Positions 10,791 through 24,325 of a DNA stretch of 63,996 nucleotides are shown here, piece after piece. Both the position numbers and the translations under genes were made by a program. This stretch comes from Octopus bimaculoides (lineage: Eukaryota), in contig NC_068996.1 in the NCBI RefSeq assembly GCF_001194135.2, positions 35,004,637 through 35,068,632 on the forward strand, read 5' to 3'. The notes below the pieces were generated by a model, which saw nothing but the letters and a program-made list of their open reading frames with translations, was not told the origin of the DNA and searched no databases. Positions within the stretch are counted from its first letter, which is position 1. Every line of letters begins with the position of its first letter.

Positions 10791-10829
10791 ATGACGACAA
10801 TGATGATGATTTCTTTTATTTGCCACCAG

Positions 10830-11105
10830 GGTGACAGATATCCAAAGCCACCTCTCTCAATACTACTCACCCCTCAGTTGAGGAGCTTCATCTTGTGAGT
10901 TACTTGTGACCTTGCTGCTGTTGGTGCCATGTAAATAGCACCCAGTACACACTGTAAGTGGCCAGTGTTAGGAAGGGTATCTTGCTGTAGAAACTATGCT
11001 AAAGCAGATATCAGAGCTTGGCACAGTCCTCTGGCTTACTGGCTCCAGTCAAACTGGACAACCCATGCCAGCATGGAAAGCAAACAAGAAATGATGATGA
11101 TGATT
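10830..11105 (+). mobile_element. Non-autonomous element with RTE-like 3' module
   Basis: tggtgccatgtaaatagcacccagtacac...ttaggaagggtatc...cccatgccagcatggaaagc...atgatgatg. Confidence 0.65.
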
Positions 11106-11465
11106 CAAAGCAATTCAACTGACAATGACAGAATTGGAGAAATGTCTGTGTGTGAAGAAAAACTACATACATATATATATATATATATTCTAAAATAAGT
11201 TACAGGTGCATTTTTAGGTTTCTGCCAACCAACCAATTGAATGATTTTACTAAGATTTGGAGTACAGGAAGTACCTGTGCAGATGAATAATTTTTAGTGG
11301 GTGTAGCTTGCACTGCACTACCCCCACTTATTAGCCCAAGAAGACTTTCACCGGTGTGACAAGAGAATTGACAAAACCAGGAATTTCCAAGGCCTCAGGT
11401 CGCTCTTCAGTGCTACTGGTAACATGTAATCCAGTACAACCTGTTGCATGGTCGGGTCGTCGGCG

Positions 11466-12013
11466 NNNNNNNNNNNNNNNNNNNNNNNNNNNNNNNNNNN
11501 NNNNNNNNNNNNNNNNNNNNNNNNNNNNNNNNNNNNNNNNNNNNNNNNNNNNNNNNNNNNNNNNNNNNNNNNNNNNNNNNNNNNNNNNNNNNNNNNNNNN
11601 NNNNNNNNNNNNNNNNNNNNNNNNNNNNNNNNNNNNNNNNNNNNNNNNNNNNNNNNNNNNNNNNNNNNNNNNNNNNNNNNNNNNNNNNNNNNNNNNNNNN
11701 NNNNNNNNNNNNNNNNNNNNNNNNNNNNNNNNNNNNNNNNNNNNNNNNNNNNNNNNNNNNNNNNNNNNNNNNNNNNNNNNNNNNNNNNNNNNNNNNNNNN
11801 NNNNNNNNNNNNNNNNNNNNNNNNNNNNNNNNNNNNNNNNNNNNNNNNNNNNNNNNNNNNNNNNNNNNNNNNNNNNNNNNNNNNNNNNNNNNNNNNNNNN
11901 NNNNNNNNNNNNNNNNNNNNNNNNNNNNNNNNNNNNNNNNNNNNNNNNNNNNNNNNNNNNNNNNNNNNNNNNNNNNNNNNNNNNNNNNNNNNNNNNNNNN
12001 NNNNNNNNNNNNN
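11466..12013. other. Assembly gap. Other N-runs at 20809-21298, 33183-33192, 35530-35610, 39584-39593, 45032-45237, 53039-53151, 57649-58406 and 58929-59081
   Basis: Runs of n in the sequence. Confidence 0.95.
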
Positions 12014-12029
12014 TATATATATATATATA

Positions 12030-12520
12030 TGCTGTGCTTGAGAAGACCAGTCAAGCCAAGTGAAACCACAGTCGTGGCTGATGCTGGTATCATGTAACAA
12101 GTACCCATGCAGGTGGCATGTAAAAAGCACATAAAAGCACCTTTCGAGTGTTGGGCTCCACAGAGGCAAGGACTGAGACCATTTGGCATTATGCCAGGCT
12201 TTGAGCAGTGGGCCTCATGGAGACAATGACCGAGTCCATTTGACATTATGCTATGCTTGAGAAGAAGACCCATCAAGCTGAGCAAAACCACAGTTGTGGC
12301 AGATATCAGTGTCATGCAAATGACACCCAAGCCGGTGGCACATAAAAGAACCCATTACACTTGCAGAGTGGTTGGCATCAGGAAGGGCATCCAGCCATAG
12401 AAACCATGCCAAATCAGACTGGAGTCTGGTGCAAGCCCTCAGCTTGCCAGCCTTGGTCAAACTGTCCAACCCATGCCAACATGGACAACAGACATTAAAT
12501 GATGATGATGATGATGATGT
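12030..12520 (+). mobile_element. RTE LINE 3' UTR with internal duplication
   Basis: atgct.tgcttgagaagacc..tcaagc occurs twice about 220 bp apart, then ggttggcatcaggaagggcatcc...gacattaaatgatgatg. Confidence 0.75.
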
Positions 12521-12521
12521 T

Positions 12522-12900
12522 CTTTTATTTATTTCAGTAATTTGACTGTGGCCATGCTGGAACACCACTTTTTAGTTGAACAAATTGACCCCAAGCTTTA
12601 TTTTTTGTAAGCCTAGTACTTATTCTATTGATCATTTTTGCTGAACCACTAAGTTACAGTGATGTAAACACACCAACATCGGTTGTCAAGCAATGGTGGG
12701 GGGATAAACACAGATACACAAACATATACATATATATTTACGATGGGCTTGTTTCAGTCTTCGTCTACCAAATCCACTCACAAGGCTTTGGTCGGCCTAA
12801 GGCTTTAGTAGAAGACATTTGCCCAAAGTGCCATGCAGTGGGACTGAACCCTGAACCAGTGGTTGGTAAGCGAGCTGCTTATCACACACCCACTCTCGTG
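12522..12900 (-). mobile_element. Family B SINE with the alternative tail (gactgaaacaagtaaaaga type)
   Basis: Reverse complement has ggttcagtcccactgcatggcactttgggcaaatgtcttc and ends ccagcatggccacagtcaaattactgaaataaataaaaga. Further copies at about 14240-14600 (+), 23400-23645 (+), 25815-26180 (+), 37070-37230 (+), 37520-37690 (+), 37845-38170 (-), 44278-44420 (+), 47190-47570 (-), 52660-52830 (-) and 56915-57060 (-). Confidence 0.8.
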
Positions 12901-12983
12901 CCTATATTTTCATTATAGAATTGAAACACCTTATACATGAAAAAGTTCTCAAAAACCAAAACTATCAACTCCCAAAAGAGTTA

Positions 12984-13345
12984 GCCCTTTTCAGATCGCA
13001 CCTGATTCTATGATACAAACTTGCTGTTTTAAAATAATCTAAATTAAAATTTTCCATCAAAATGTCATCTTAATTCATGTTATAAACACCAGTTTAATAA
13101 TGACAATTATTGTAATAAATTCTACATTATTTTTTAAGTTAATTACAACAAAATCAGTGTTTTTCAACAAAAATATGGTAACGAAAGTGTTCTATATTAA
13201 AACCCATTAAAATTTCATGTTAATTTATGTCTCATACACTAATTTGATAATGACAGAATTATTTTACTAAATTCTTTGTTATTTTCAAAATTAATTGAAA
13301 CAAAGAGAGTGTATTTAAACAGAAATATATCAGCAAAATGGTTTA
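12984..13345. mobile_element. Second piggyBac-like MITE family, one copy plus a partial tandem copy
   Basis: ttagcccttttcagatc...aaatatggtaacgaaagtgtt, followed by a repeat of the ttaat..atgt...taatgaca...caacagaaatat segment. Confidence 0.45.
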
Positions 13346-15328
13346 TACATGTTTTACATTTTAGGCTGTCACAAGATAGCTTGTATTTAGGGTTTAGATC
13401 AGGGTTTCATGTGTAACATAAAAGTGACACTTAAGAAGGGTGAAAGAGTGACTAAAAGACAAATATCAGAGCAGCTGAAAGCAGTTGTATGGCTAATATT
13501 ACAACGGCTGCTGCTACAGACATCATTTAAATTCCAAATGACAACCAGTGAGATTAGAACTTCAGAACCAACAGACAATGAAGGGGGGCTTCAATGACAG
13601 CATTTAGTTTGCTAAAAATAGTAAGCAAGAGAACACTATGCTTGTTGATGATAAAAACAAAGGAGTGGGGTTTGTCAGACTGAGAACACTTTTAATCTCC
13701 ATTTATGATTGAAGAAGAGCTAAATAAAAACCACAACAGTAGTAACAACAGCAAAACCAATAGCAACAACAAAAACTAGTAGGACAGTTTTGTTGTTACA
13801 GTTTGAAAAGTAATGTAGATTGAGACTTTAGCCTTTTATCTTTTTGTTATCAATAAAGTATTTTTTTTTATGTATGAAAGAAGTAATTATCTCAAGTTGT
13901 TTTCGTTTGAGTCTGATGGAATCATAAAAAAAAAAGTGAGGGAGAGAGAGAAAAAAAAACCCAACCCAGATTATAATTTAGAATCATTATCCTTACATAA
14001 ATAATCTCTACATTCTGATTCTTCATATCCTTTGCAAATATTTTGTTGGGTTTCTGGGTAGGACAGTTATTCTATTTGCCTGAACTCACCAAATTCTGAG
14101 AATTCTAGTAATAATGAGGAATCCTGTTAAGTGGGCCAATGTTGTTTCTATTAGTAAATGCAAAATTAATAACATAATTAAATGCTGGTTTTATGAATTA
14201 CCATAATTTTGAGAAAGGAATTAATTTATTACAATATGTGCAGGCCTAGTCATATGGTTACAAAGCTTGCTTTTCAGCCATATGGTTTTGGATTCAGTCC
14301 CATTGCATGGCACCTTGGGCAAGTGTCTTCTACTATAGCTCCGGGCTGATTAATGGAAACAGTGTGGAAGCATGCAAGTCATTTGTACATTTGTCATCCA
14401 CCACCTCTTGACAACCAGTGTTGGTTTGTTTTTGTCCCTTTAACTTAGCAGTTCAGTAAAAAAGACCATTAGAACAAGTACCACTCTTGAAAAAATAATG
14501 AAATACTGGGGCCAGTTTGTTCAACTAAACCCTTCAAGGCAGTGTCCCAGCATGATTGCAGTCCAATGACTGAGATAAGTAAAAGATTAAAAAAAAAGAC
14601 AGAATACAATCTGCTGCATGATACTTAAAATTAAAAAAAAGAAGAAAATCTCTAAGATTTTCTTGTTGTTGTTGCTATTATCGTGTTGTAATTTGAGAAT
14701 GACGCCCATAACAAAAATTACTTGTCTTGTGTTCTACACACCAACTCCAATTTACTCATGGATATTCATCTACATGTACCCAACGAATGCTGATATATAT
14801 CTTTGTAAATATTAAGATAGGCTATCTGTGACAGCCATGTAAAAATACAGTTAAAAACATTAGTCTTGAAAAATAAAAAAATATTTAAAGGAAAATCTAA
14901 AATTGTCAGAACAACATCAGATGATATCATTATACTTACTGATGACAATACATACATAACTAATACACACGCATATACATATGTGTATGTACACACACTC
15001 TCTCTCACACACAATATTAAATACATGTAATTGTGTAATATATATATATGACATATATACATATATATATATAACAGAAGGAAGAAAGTTGTATGTGTAT
15101 ATGTGAGTACACAGAGACATTTGCACAGATACACACACAGAGAAATATATATATATATGCATAGAAATATACACATACATATCTATAGTAATTCCTAAAC
15201 AAATATGTACTTCAAAGAAAATTATCAAGATACATAAACAAGGAGTCCTATATATAATTGCTTGATCTGCTATAAATAGCAGCCAAACTTCCTCAAGTTA
15301 GACTGCCATCTTAAATAAACAGTGGACA

Positions 15329-15468
<140 letters not shown>

Positions 15469-15645
15469 AGATGATTACAGATGATGCATTTCTGATCATA
15501 AATCAACTGGATTTAGACTGATCTGGGGCTAAACAACAAGAAAGGGAAAACGATTTTTTCTTTATATTAAATCAGAATAAAACCTCTTTGTACCCCAACC
15601 CCTAATAAACATTTAAACTAGAGAAATAAAATTATACTGATCCCC

Positions 15646-15873
15646 TTAACCCTTTAGTATTCAGTTTACTCAGTTAAATGTGAAGCTTATTTATCTACAT
15701 TTTAAAAAATTAATGATGAAGTATCTTGCAGCTTCAAGATTTTGAAGATGTGATTGTTTATTTCTAGAATAACCTGAAGGGTAGGTGTGAGAGGCTGTGT
15801 CTGGTCAGTTGAAACATTAAACAAAAAGAATATTTGGGCTAGATATGGTTGGTTTAAATGCTGGTGGGGTTAA
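15646..15873 (-). mobile_element. piggyBac-like MITE (reverse orientation); truncated copy at 16761-16960
   Basis: TTAAccctttagtattcag...aaatgctggtggggTTAA. Confidence 0.7.
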
Positions 15874-16024
15874 TCAATCATTAACAAAGTGTGAATTAGC
15901 TTACTCTAGTCATATAGCAATGCAATGCCCAATAGTATCATTATATTCATGTGGTGATGGTGATGATGATGATGGGGATGACGACGACAGTGGTGATGAC
16001 GAGGTAATAATAATTGTTTCTAAC

Positions 16025-16215
16025 ATAGCACCTGTGCGGCGTCATGTAAAAGCATCTGTGCAGTACCATGTAAAAACATCCAGCTTACTCTGTAAAGTGG
16101 TTGGCATTAGGAAGGGCATCCAGCTGTAGAAACCAAGCCAAATCAGACTGGAATCTGGTGCAGAGTTCCAGCTTGCCAGCTCTGGTCAAACCGTCCAACT
16201 TATGCCAGCATGGAC
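16025..16215 (+). mobile_element. RTE-like 3' module
   Basis: gtggttggcattaggaagggcatccagctgtagaaacc...ccaacttatgccagcatggacaatagacattaaa. Confidence 0.7.
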
Positions 16216-17339
16216 AATAGACATTAAATAATAATAGGCATAAAACCATAAATTCTGAAGGAAAGGGGTCAGTTTAGTAAATCAATTTCAGCATTCAACC
16301 AATACTGTACTTTATTGACTCTGAAAGAATGAAAACTAAAGTTGACCTTGGTGGGATTTGAACTCAGAACATTAAGAACTGAAAGAAATACTACTAGGTA
16401 GCTTGCTTGGATCTCTAATGAATTTGACAATCAATCTACCATCAATAAGCTTTTCAATAAGTGAGCACAATGGACAAAAACAGTGAAGCACCAGACTAAA
16501 TATTTTACATTCTTCTTGTAAGTTTTTATCCCACTGTATTCAACTTTGAGTACCTGTTATTTAGCAAGATCTATTCAGTCACCTATGAGATCAATGACAA
16601 ATCAATACTGACCCTTTCATGTTTTCCTCCCTTGCATTTAATCCCCTCATTGACTGTATCAAATGAAATAATTAACTTTATTAACTGATATTTGAGGCTG
16701 TTCTTTGTAATTCCTTAACAAAAAGGGTCTAACTTACAATCATAAACAAGAGGTTTTAATTTAACCCTTTAGTATTCAGATTACTTTATCAAATATAATA
16801 TTCACACTGTTTGGAATTAACCATGCCTTATCTCTTAGCTTAGATTTCGATGATGTGATTGCATATTTTTAGAATGACATTCTATGGTATGTGTGAGAGG
16901 CCAGATCTTACTAGTTTGAACATAAAATAGGTAACATATTTGGGCCGGATGGTTTTATGTGAAAGACAACAGCCACAGTCTCTGGTTAGTCGGTAATAGG
17001 AAAAATAAGTTGACTGAAGAATTTGATCATAACACATTTAGAAACATCAATAATATGAGGCATTTAGTGTGGTGCTACTGCTTTGTGTATAAAGTAAATA
17101 TTAAAAAATAGACCAGAAATTGTGAGATTAAAGCAAGAACAAAGAAAGTAAAGATTAGGAATTTGTTTCTTCATAATATAGCATTGATTTGCAGATTAAC
17201 TTTCGTAAAAGCTAGAGAAATATGCAAATAGACACCTTCACCTTTATTATTAGTTAAGTCTAAAGACAAATTGATTTATTAACACTGGATAACAATGGTT
17301 TCTGGCTTGCCAAAGACTAAAGGCCAGTCACTAAGAAGA

Positions 17340-18290
17340 ATATATAAATGAAGCAACAACAAACCCATCATCACCTATGCAAACCCACTAGATGAAAGTT
17401 CTAAATCATGTCCTCTCCACTCTTTAAATCACGACACAGATTCAGACTAACACTCAACATTTCAAACCTAACACAGAAAATACATGATGGTTTGAAGAAC
17501 AAGAAATCTCCAAGATGTACCATTCTATCTACCATCCAAATCCATTCCCTATTATCTACTTACAGAGAAAATACACAACACAAAACACTGGCTATGAAAC
17601 TGTCATATTGACAAGGCCAACATGCAAGAACATTTCTGGAACTTGCCATTTCTTGAATGGAATCATACAGGTAGCCATCCTCTCACCTCTTCTATTCACT
17701 TTATATTTACAATGACTTTTTTACACCTACACAAAACAGTCAGTCACATAACTAGATGATATTACATTTATGTTTTCCTTCTATTCATTGCTACAACACT
17801 ACTCCAATCCTACATAAATCATTTAGCTCCACAACAACAGACTTAAAATACATCTACTAAACCCACTGGCTTCCTTCTTAACAGTACCATGAAAATGAAA
17901 TTAAAATACAACTATCACACTCAACATACCACACATAGACAACAAAAAAACAACTAGGAGTTACAATACAAAACCACTGCAAAATACACAGAAGCAAAAC
18001 AGATGCACAAATCTGTTTAGGGCAATCATAGGTACCACAATTGATCGACAGAAAGAAACAACATTGGTGCATAAGCAATACATTAGATCTATCATGGAAT
18101 ATGGCAGTTCTACCTGGAGAGACAATTTCTCCACTACACACCACAATAAACTTCAAAGAACACACCTGTACAACACATTACATTATAACAGGTTGTACCA
18201 AGAGTTCACACCCACAGACCACACATCCATAACAGGTCACACACGAACTATCAACACAAAAAAACAAAAATACAAAATATGAAAGACCTC
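17340..18290 (+). mobile_element. Degenerate I/Jockey-group LINE reverse transcriptase fragment
   Basis: Frameshifted pieces: NLTQKIHDGLKNKKSPRCTIL, NGIIQVAILSPLLFTLY (GVPQGSVLSP-like), HKQYIRSIMEYGSSTW...HNKLQ and IITGCTKS. Clade assignment is by motif memory. Confidence 0.7.
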
Positions 18291-19081
18291 CAGGTCATGA
18301 GAGAGACACAATTTATTGTCAAGCTGAACTTCAACTGCCATAGTGCTGTGATACACACAACCAACAATAATAAGAGCAATTATTGCATTCTAAGTGCACC
18401 GTTACTGTAGTCATACAACAGAATCTATTGACATGCAGAAATTGACTGGACAGTGAAGAGAGTGTACTATGTCCAGACTGCCATAACTACAGTTCGTATA
18501 ATTCACCACATGTTAGAATGCATTGTATGGTCCTTAACTTGATGGAGATATGGTATATCTGAGAAAATGGAACTGTGTCAGGCCTTGTCATTAGGCAGAT
18601 TAACTGTAGGCCATAGGTGATCTGCTGGACCATGGCTGACCTGGGGGTCACACAACAATAACCAGTAGTATTATGTACAGATGAGGAAATGAAGGAACTT
18701 TTACATAGCTACTTCAACTACAAGAAATAACAGCCAAATCTCTCAAAAAAATTCTATCTCCAAAAAGGACACAATAGTTTTGGGATAGCTTAAATATGGG
18801 GAAAAGAGGGGAGATTGTCATACTTTTGATTACAGGTTTGATCAATCACAGCTGAACTGGGGAGACTATATCATGAGTCAAATCCTGCTCAAATCACACA
18901 ATCTACAGTCTTAAAACTGTTAGACATAGCAGCCAAATCACCTTCAAATCACATACTTTACCATCCAAAAAGGAAACAACATATTAGACATTGCAGTTTG
19001 AGAAAAATGTGAGAGGGTCACAATGACAACAACCATTGGCATCTGTATTTCAAAGAAATCAGGTACTGAATAAACTGCTAT

Positions 19082-19182
19082 GATACATTAAAGGTGAAGG
19101 CCATTCGACATGCCAAAGGTGAAGGTTGTTTGACACATTAAAGGTGAAGGTCGTTCAACACATTAATGGTGAAGGCCATTTT
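19082..19182. repeat. Minisatellite, four ~25-bp units (gacacattaaaggtgaaggccattc)
   Basis: Direct sequence. Confidence 0.8.
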
Positions 19183-19429
19183 AGGATGTGATACCTGGGG
19201 GGAGAGAAGGTAGCACCAGCAGTAGGTTTGTACACATTTTCGGTTCAGAAGTGAAATGAAATACTTTGCTCAAGGACACGATGTGCCACCCTGTTCAAGA
19301 ATCAAACCCACACCCATATGCTCATGAGTCTGACATTAGGTGATGTGCTGTAAATCAATAGTAGTGTTCATATTTAATTAGCTTTAGTAGAGTACCGTGA
19401 GGGTGGAGAGTCATGACAAGAGGTCATGG

Positions 19430-19640
19430 ATAATGATAAAATGTTGATTTCAAATTTTGGCACAAGGGTAGCAATTTTGAAGGAGAGAGTAAGTAGATTA
19501 CACTGATACTTATTTTGTTGACCCCAAAAGAATGAAAGGAAAGGGCAACCATGGTGGAATTTGAACTCAGAAAATGAATGCTGACAAAATACCACTAAGC
19601 ATTTCACCCAGCAAGTTAAGAATTCTGCCACCTTAAGGAT
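19430..19640 (-). mobile_element. Family A SINE; other single copies at about 16250-16435 (-), 23020-23232 (-), 30455-30640 (-), 30885-31075 (+), 34005-34205 (+) and 56345-56565 (-)
   Basis: aattttggcacaagg...ggtggaatttgaactcagaa...ctaagcatttcaccc...ttctgccacctt. Confidence 0.75.
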
Positions 19641-19869
19641 GATGATAAAATATTTCGTTATTCTTGGATACCAGAGGATAAATCCCCAAAATACCTGATA
19701 TTTATTCTAAACAAATAAGTTGAACTGAGTCATATACTGAGCAAAAGACATTAATTGACCATCCACTGATTTCCTATCATAGAGAAGCATTGAGACCATA
19801 ACCAAAAAACTCACCCCAGAAGTGCACAGTCCACCTTGACTGTAAATAAGTACCATGGAAAGGTACAGC

Positions 19870-19940
19870 TCAATCCAAGCTGTTTGGTTATAAACAGGTT
19901 TGGTTATATCAATCCAAGCTGTTTGGTTATAAACAGGTTT
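19870..19940. repeat. 39-bp tandem duplication
   Basis: tcaatccaagctgtttggttataaacaggttt occurs twice. Confidence 0.85.
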
Positions 19941-20121
19941 TATAGTAATGAACTCAGTCTGCTTGATTATGAATAGGTACCATGATGAAGTACAGCTCAT
20001 TGTAAAAGGGTTTTAATAATTGAGCCTAATGTAACTGCTACCATACTTCCAGAAAAAACAAAAAAGATAAAACTTTCCACTGAAGGAAGTTAATCCATCA
20101 TTGATTAATGTACAATTAACT

Positions 20122-20167
<46 letters not shown>

Positions 20168-20190
20168 GAGAGAGAGATAGGGAGAGAGAA

Positions 20191-20256
<66 letters not shown>

Positions 20257-20504
20257 AGAGAGTTGTTACCATATCAAGCAAAGGTTAAACTCTTCAGTAT
20301 ATTATCAATTTTCAAATTTAATTAATTACCACTGATGCTTGCACCCATTTCAAAATATTCTTTTTTTGTGTATGTGTTATATTATCACTTTTGTCTCTTG
20401 TTAGCTGAGATAATCATTGTCCAAAAATATCTACCTATAATCCTGATTAATTAGCTACTATAGTTCATAATTAAATTCAGTGTGCTCACTATATTGTTTA
20501 CTTC

Positions 20505-21366
20505 ACTACATATATATAACGTATACATACATACATATAAACATATATACATACATATAAACATATATATATACATACATACACATAAACATATATATAT
20601 ACATACACATAAACATATACATACACATAAACATATATATATACATACACATAAACATATATATACATACACACATATATATATATACATACACACATAT
20701 ATATATATACATACACACATATATATATATACATACACATATATATATATATACATACACACATATATATATATATACATACACATATATATATATATAC
20801 ATACACATNNNNNNNNNNNNNNNNNNNNNNNNNNNNNNNNNNNNNNNNNNNNNNNNNNNNNNNNNNNNNNNNNNNNNNNNNNNNNNNNNNNNNNNNNNNN
20901 NNNNNNNNNNNNNNNNNNNNNNNNNNNNNNNNNNNNNNNNNNNNNNNNNNNNNNNNNNNNNNNNNNNNNNNNNNNNNNNNNNNNNNNNNNNNNNNNNNNN
21001 NNNNNNNNNNNNNNNNNNNNNNNNNNNNNNNNNNNNNNNNNNNNNNNNNNNNNNNNNNNNNNNNNNNNNNNNNNNNNNNNNNNNNNNNNNNNNNNNNNNN
21101 NNNNNNNNNNNNNNNNNNNNNNNNNNNNNNNNNNNNNNNNNNNNNNNNNNNNNNNNNNNNNNNNNNNNNNNNNNNNNNNNNNNNNNNNNNNNNNNNNNNN
21201 NNNNNNNNNNNNNNNNNNNNNNNNNNNNNNNNNNNNNNNNNNNNNNNNNNNNNNNNNNNNNNNNNNNNNNNNNNNNNNNNNNNNNNNNNNNNNNNNNNAT
21301 ACATACATATATATATACATACATACATATATATATACATACATACATATATACATACATACATAT

Positions 21367-21417
<51 letters not shown>

Positions 21418-21447
21418 CATACATACATACATACATACACACATATA
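20505..21447. repeat. Compound (TA/CA)n satellite spanning a gap
   Basis: catatatatatacatacaca-type units. Confidence 0.9.
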
Positions 21448-21844
21448 AAATTAAATAGATATCTGTTTATAACAAGTGGTATTCTAATACTATACACACA
21501 CATACACGCTCACACATTGGCATTTAACATCAATCTTCCATGATTGCACGTTTTGGATGGTTTGCCAGATCTGTACCAAGCTCTCCCATCTGCTTTGTAA
21601 CAGTTTTTACAACTGGATGCCTTACCTAACACCAACCATTTTACAAAACATACTGAATGTATTTTATGTGGCACCAGTATTGGTGACGTCACCGAGTTAA
21701 ATATAAATGGAATGGTAGAGGAATGCCCAGGGTGTGTGGGCAGGGAATTCAGGACAGTGCAAAACAAGAGAGGGGAGGGAAAGAGGAGAGTGCAGTGAGT
21801 AGTGAAACATGGGTACATGGGAAGGGAGGGGCGACAAGGTATAC

Positions 21845-22455
21845 ACAGAAACAATAAGCACTAAGGACTCTCCCAAATGTTCAGACGCCTTTCTTGAGGT
21901 TGTAAATAGTTTCTGGTACCGAGGTGACCAGATTAGCAGTGATGGAGGATGATCTGAAAGTACTGTTGCTAGAATAAGAATAGGAAGTTCAGAGAGCTGC
22001 TACCTCTGTTGGCAGCAAAAGAACTTTCTCTCTCAGAGTGAAAGGCTGATTGCATGATGCTTGTGTACAAACAGCTATGCTCCAAAGTGGTGAGACATGA
22101 GCCCTGGATGCTGACAACATGCAGAGACTGAAGAGGAAATGAAGCTAGTATGCTCTGTTGGATGTCCAGCATCAGTATGCATGTATGACAAGTGCAAATA
22201 GGTTGAGAGAAAATCTGGGCATAAGAGAATGTGAGAGAGAACTCTACATTGGTTTGGACATGTGATGCATATGAATGAAGACAGCTCTATCAAGATATGC
22301 TGATCACTAAGAGTGGACAGTACCTGCGGAAGAGGGAGACCTAGGAAAATGCAGGATGAAGTGGTGAGGTCTGATCTCAAGATGTTGGATCTCACAGAGG
22401 AGATGACAATGGACTGAAATGTATGGTGATATGAAGATTTTGAGAAGACCTGTTC
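21845..22455 (+). mobile_element. RTE LINE ORF2 C-terminal fragment
   Basis: LEVVNSFWYRGDQIS...KFRELLPLL...RENLGIR...WFGHVMHMNEDS...CGRGRPRK, with stops and frameshifts. Preceded by a minus-strand RTE-tailed element at about 21520-21830. Confidence 0.8.
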
Positions 22456-24159
22456 ACTTCAGTGAAACTGAGTTTTGGAAGGGTTGTGTATTCCAGCCAC
22501 ATGTAGCATTAATTCACCCACCCTATTCCAATGAACCAAATTACATCTCTTCTTCTTGAACTATGTTTGTCTCATCCCTAACTCCTGCAGCCCTACACCA
22601 TTCTACCAACTTTCTCTCCTGATCTCCCCATGCCAACTGCATCATGGCAAACACAAACACACATGAACTCATACACACACACATAAACATATACACATGT
22701 GCGTGTGTGTGTGTGTGTGTGTGTTTTTGCAAATTCTGTCAGTCCATTGAGTTACGAGGGCTTCACTCAGCCTTCATGTAATCTATTCCAAAATATAAGC
22801 TGAGTTAAACTCAGCACATTCAAGTGGTACTCAGTTATCACTACTTTGTAGCAAAAGAATTTAAATCTGTCTGAGTGTGGGTATAGTTGTAAGCTTAATT
22901 GTTTGTAGAACAGGAGTAACAAATTTCCACAGATAGAATGAGTAATCAATTTCTGCATGCAGAATGAATAATCAATCTCTGTAGGCAGAATGAGTAATTA
23001 ATTTCTGATTGAGGCAATAATAAATAATGGATTCAAATCTTAGTGCAAGGCCACCAATTTCAGGGGAGGGGTACGTTGATTACATTGACCCCAGTATTCA
23101 ACTGGTACTTATTTTATTGACTCCAAAAGTCAACCTTGGCAGAATTTGAACTAGAATGTGAAGACAGACGAAATGCTGCTAAGCATTTTTGCCTGGTGTG
23201 CTAACAATTCTGCCAGCTCACTGCTTTAATAATAATAAATGCTGAAACTAGTAAGAATGTTCTTTTTGTATTTCTGGAGAGAAAAAATTATGGCTAAACA
23301 CCAATGTCTACTTTTTTTCACAACAAAACCAAATGTGTGTTTAGCAAATCAAAAACTACACACTTTTAAGTTACTGCTACTTGCTCTCTCTCATGTACAT
23401 ATGTGCGTCTGTGTGTGTGTGTATATTTTTGTGCCTGTGTTTGCCCTCTTCCTCACTGCTTGACAACTGGTGTTAGTTTGTTTATGTTCCCATAAATTAG
23501 AGGTTCAGCAAAATAGACAGACAGAATAAATGCCAGGCTTAAAAAACAAAAAGAAGTATTAGGATCAATCCGTTTGACTAAAAATTCATCAAGGCAGTAA
23601 CCCAGCATGGCCACAGTCTAATGACTGAAACAAGTAAATGATAAAATATTGACATGGAACAGCAAATTTCACTAATGAATTTTCTGCTCATTGCAGTTAC
23701 AGATTCAACTAATTTAGATTATATCAGCTCGCCATATTAAATGTAGTAGCTTGCTCTAAACTATATGTTCTTTACTCAGAAAGTTCTCTTGGAAAATTCT
23801 CAAAAGTCTTTATTGTAATTTGCCTAATCAGTGGACTATTTTCACAAAAGACTATGCCTGTTAGTCTCATTATGAGGTCTTGGTAGCTGCAAGTTGAGTA
23901 TGGTATTTTGATAAGTTGAAATAAGACTAAAACATGCTGGGGTTGTCTCCATGGCTTCCTGAGATCAAACTCACTCTCATCCTTGCATATTTCTATTTAC
24001 TCTTTGTTTCTGCATTTAAAATTTTTTTTTTAGCATTATTGTAAATTAATGAGATTTCTGTAGACATTGAGAATTCAAACTCTCCTGAGAAAAGCGAAAG
24101 CATCACAATCCGTGTCCTAAATTAAAGTTGGAGAATTCATAATTGCTTTTTAAGCAATA

Positions 24160-24325
24160 ATATTTAGGGAGCAAATGTGTTTAGGGAGCTAGGTAAATGT
24201 CTGTTGTAGACAATGGTGTTTAGGGAGCTAGATGAACACCAATTCTAATGATGTAGTTAGAGAGCAAGGTAAACATCTGTTCTGGGCAATAGTTTTTAGG
24301 GAGCTAGATAAATATCTATTGTAAG
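24160..24325. repeat. Degenerate ~40-bp minisatellite (tttagggagctaggtaaatgtctgttg...)
   Basis: About four diverged units visible. Confidence 0.55.

Noticed and set aside
11365-11430. CTGAAGA...GAAA on the minus strand resembling a hammerhead ribozyme core
   Set aside because: I could not build stems I and III, and stem II pairs poorly.
11348-12330. Long ORFs spanning N-runs (also 20451-21543, 44830-45302, 52901-53254 and 57548-58536)
   Set aside because: The length comes from untranslatable N-gaps and dinucleotide repeats.
14086-14125. Strong TTG|gtgagt donor with a 34-nt upstream exon candidate
   Set aside because: Starts in phase 0 with no ATG and an in-frame stop upstream; does not fit the gene model.
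19707-20000. 97-aa ORF with a repeated KPVYNQTAWI and a strong GGG|gtgagt donor
   Set aside because: The repeat is a 39-bp DNA duplication, the donor is phase 0 and incompatible with the 3993 acceptor, and no homology is recognisable.
19060-24325. Short repeat arrays at 19082-19182, 22930-23010 and 24160-24325 as possible CRISPR-like arrays
   Set aside because: The units are contiguous and degenerate with no unique spacers, there are no cas genes, and the context is eukaryotic; these are ordinary minisatellites.
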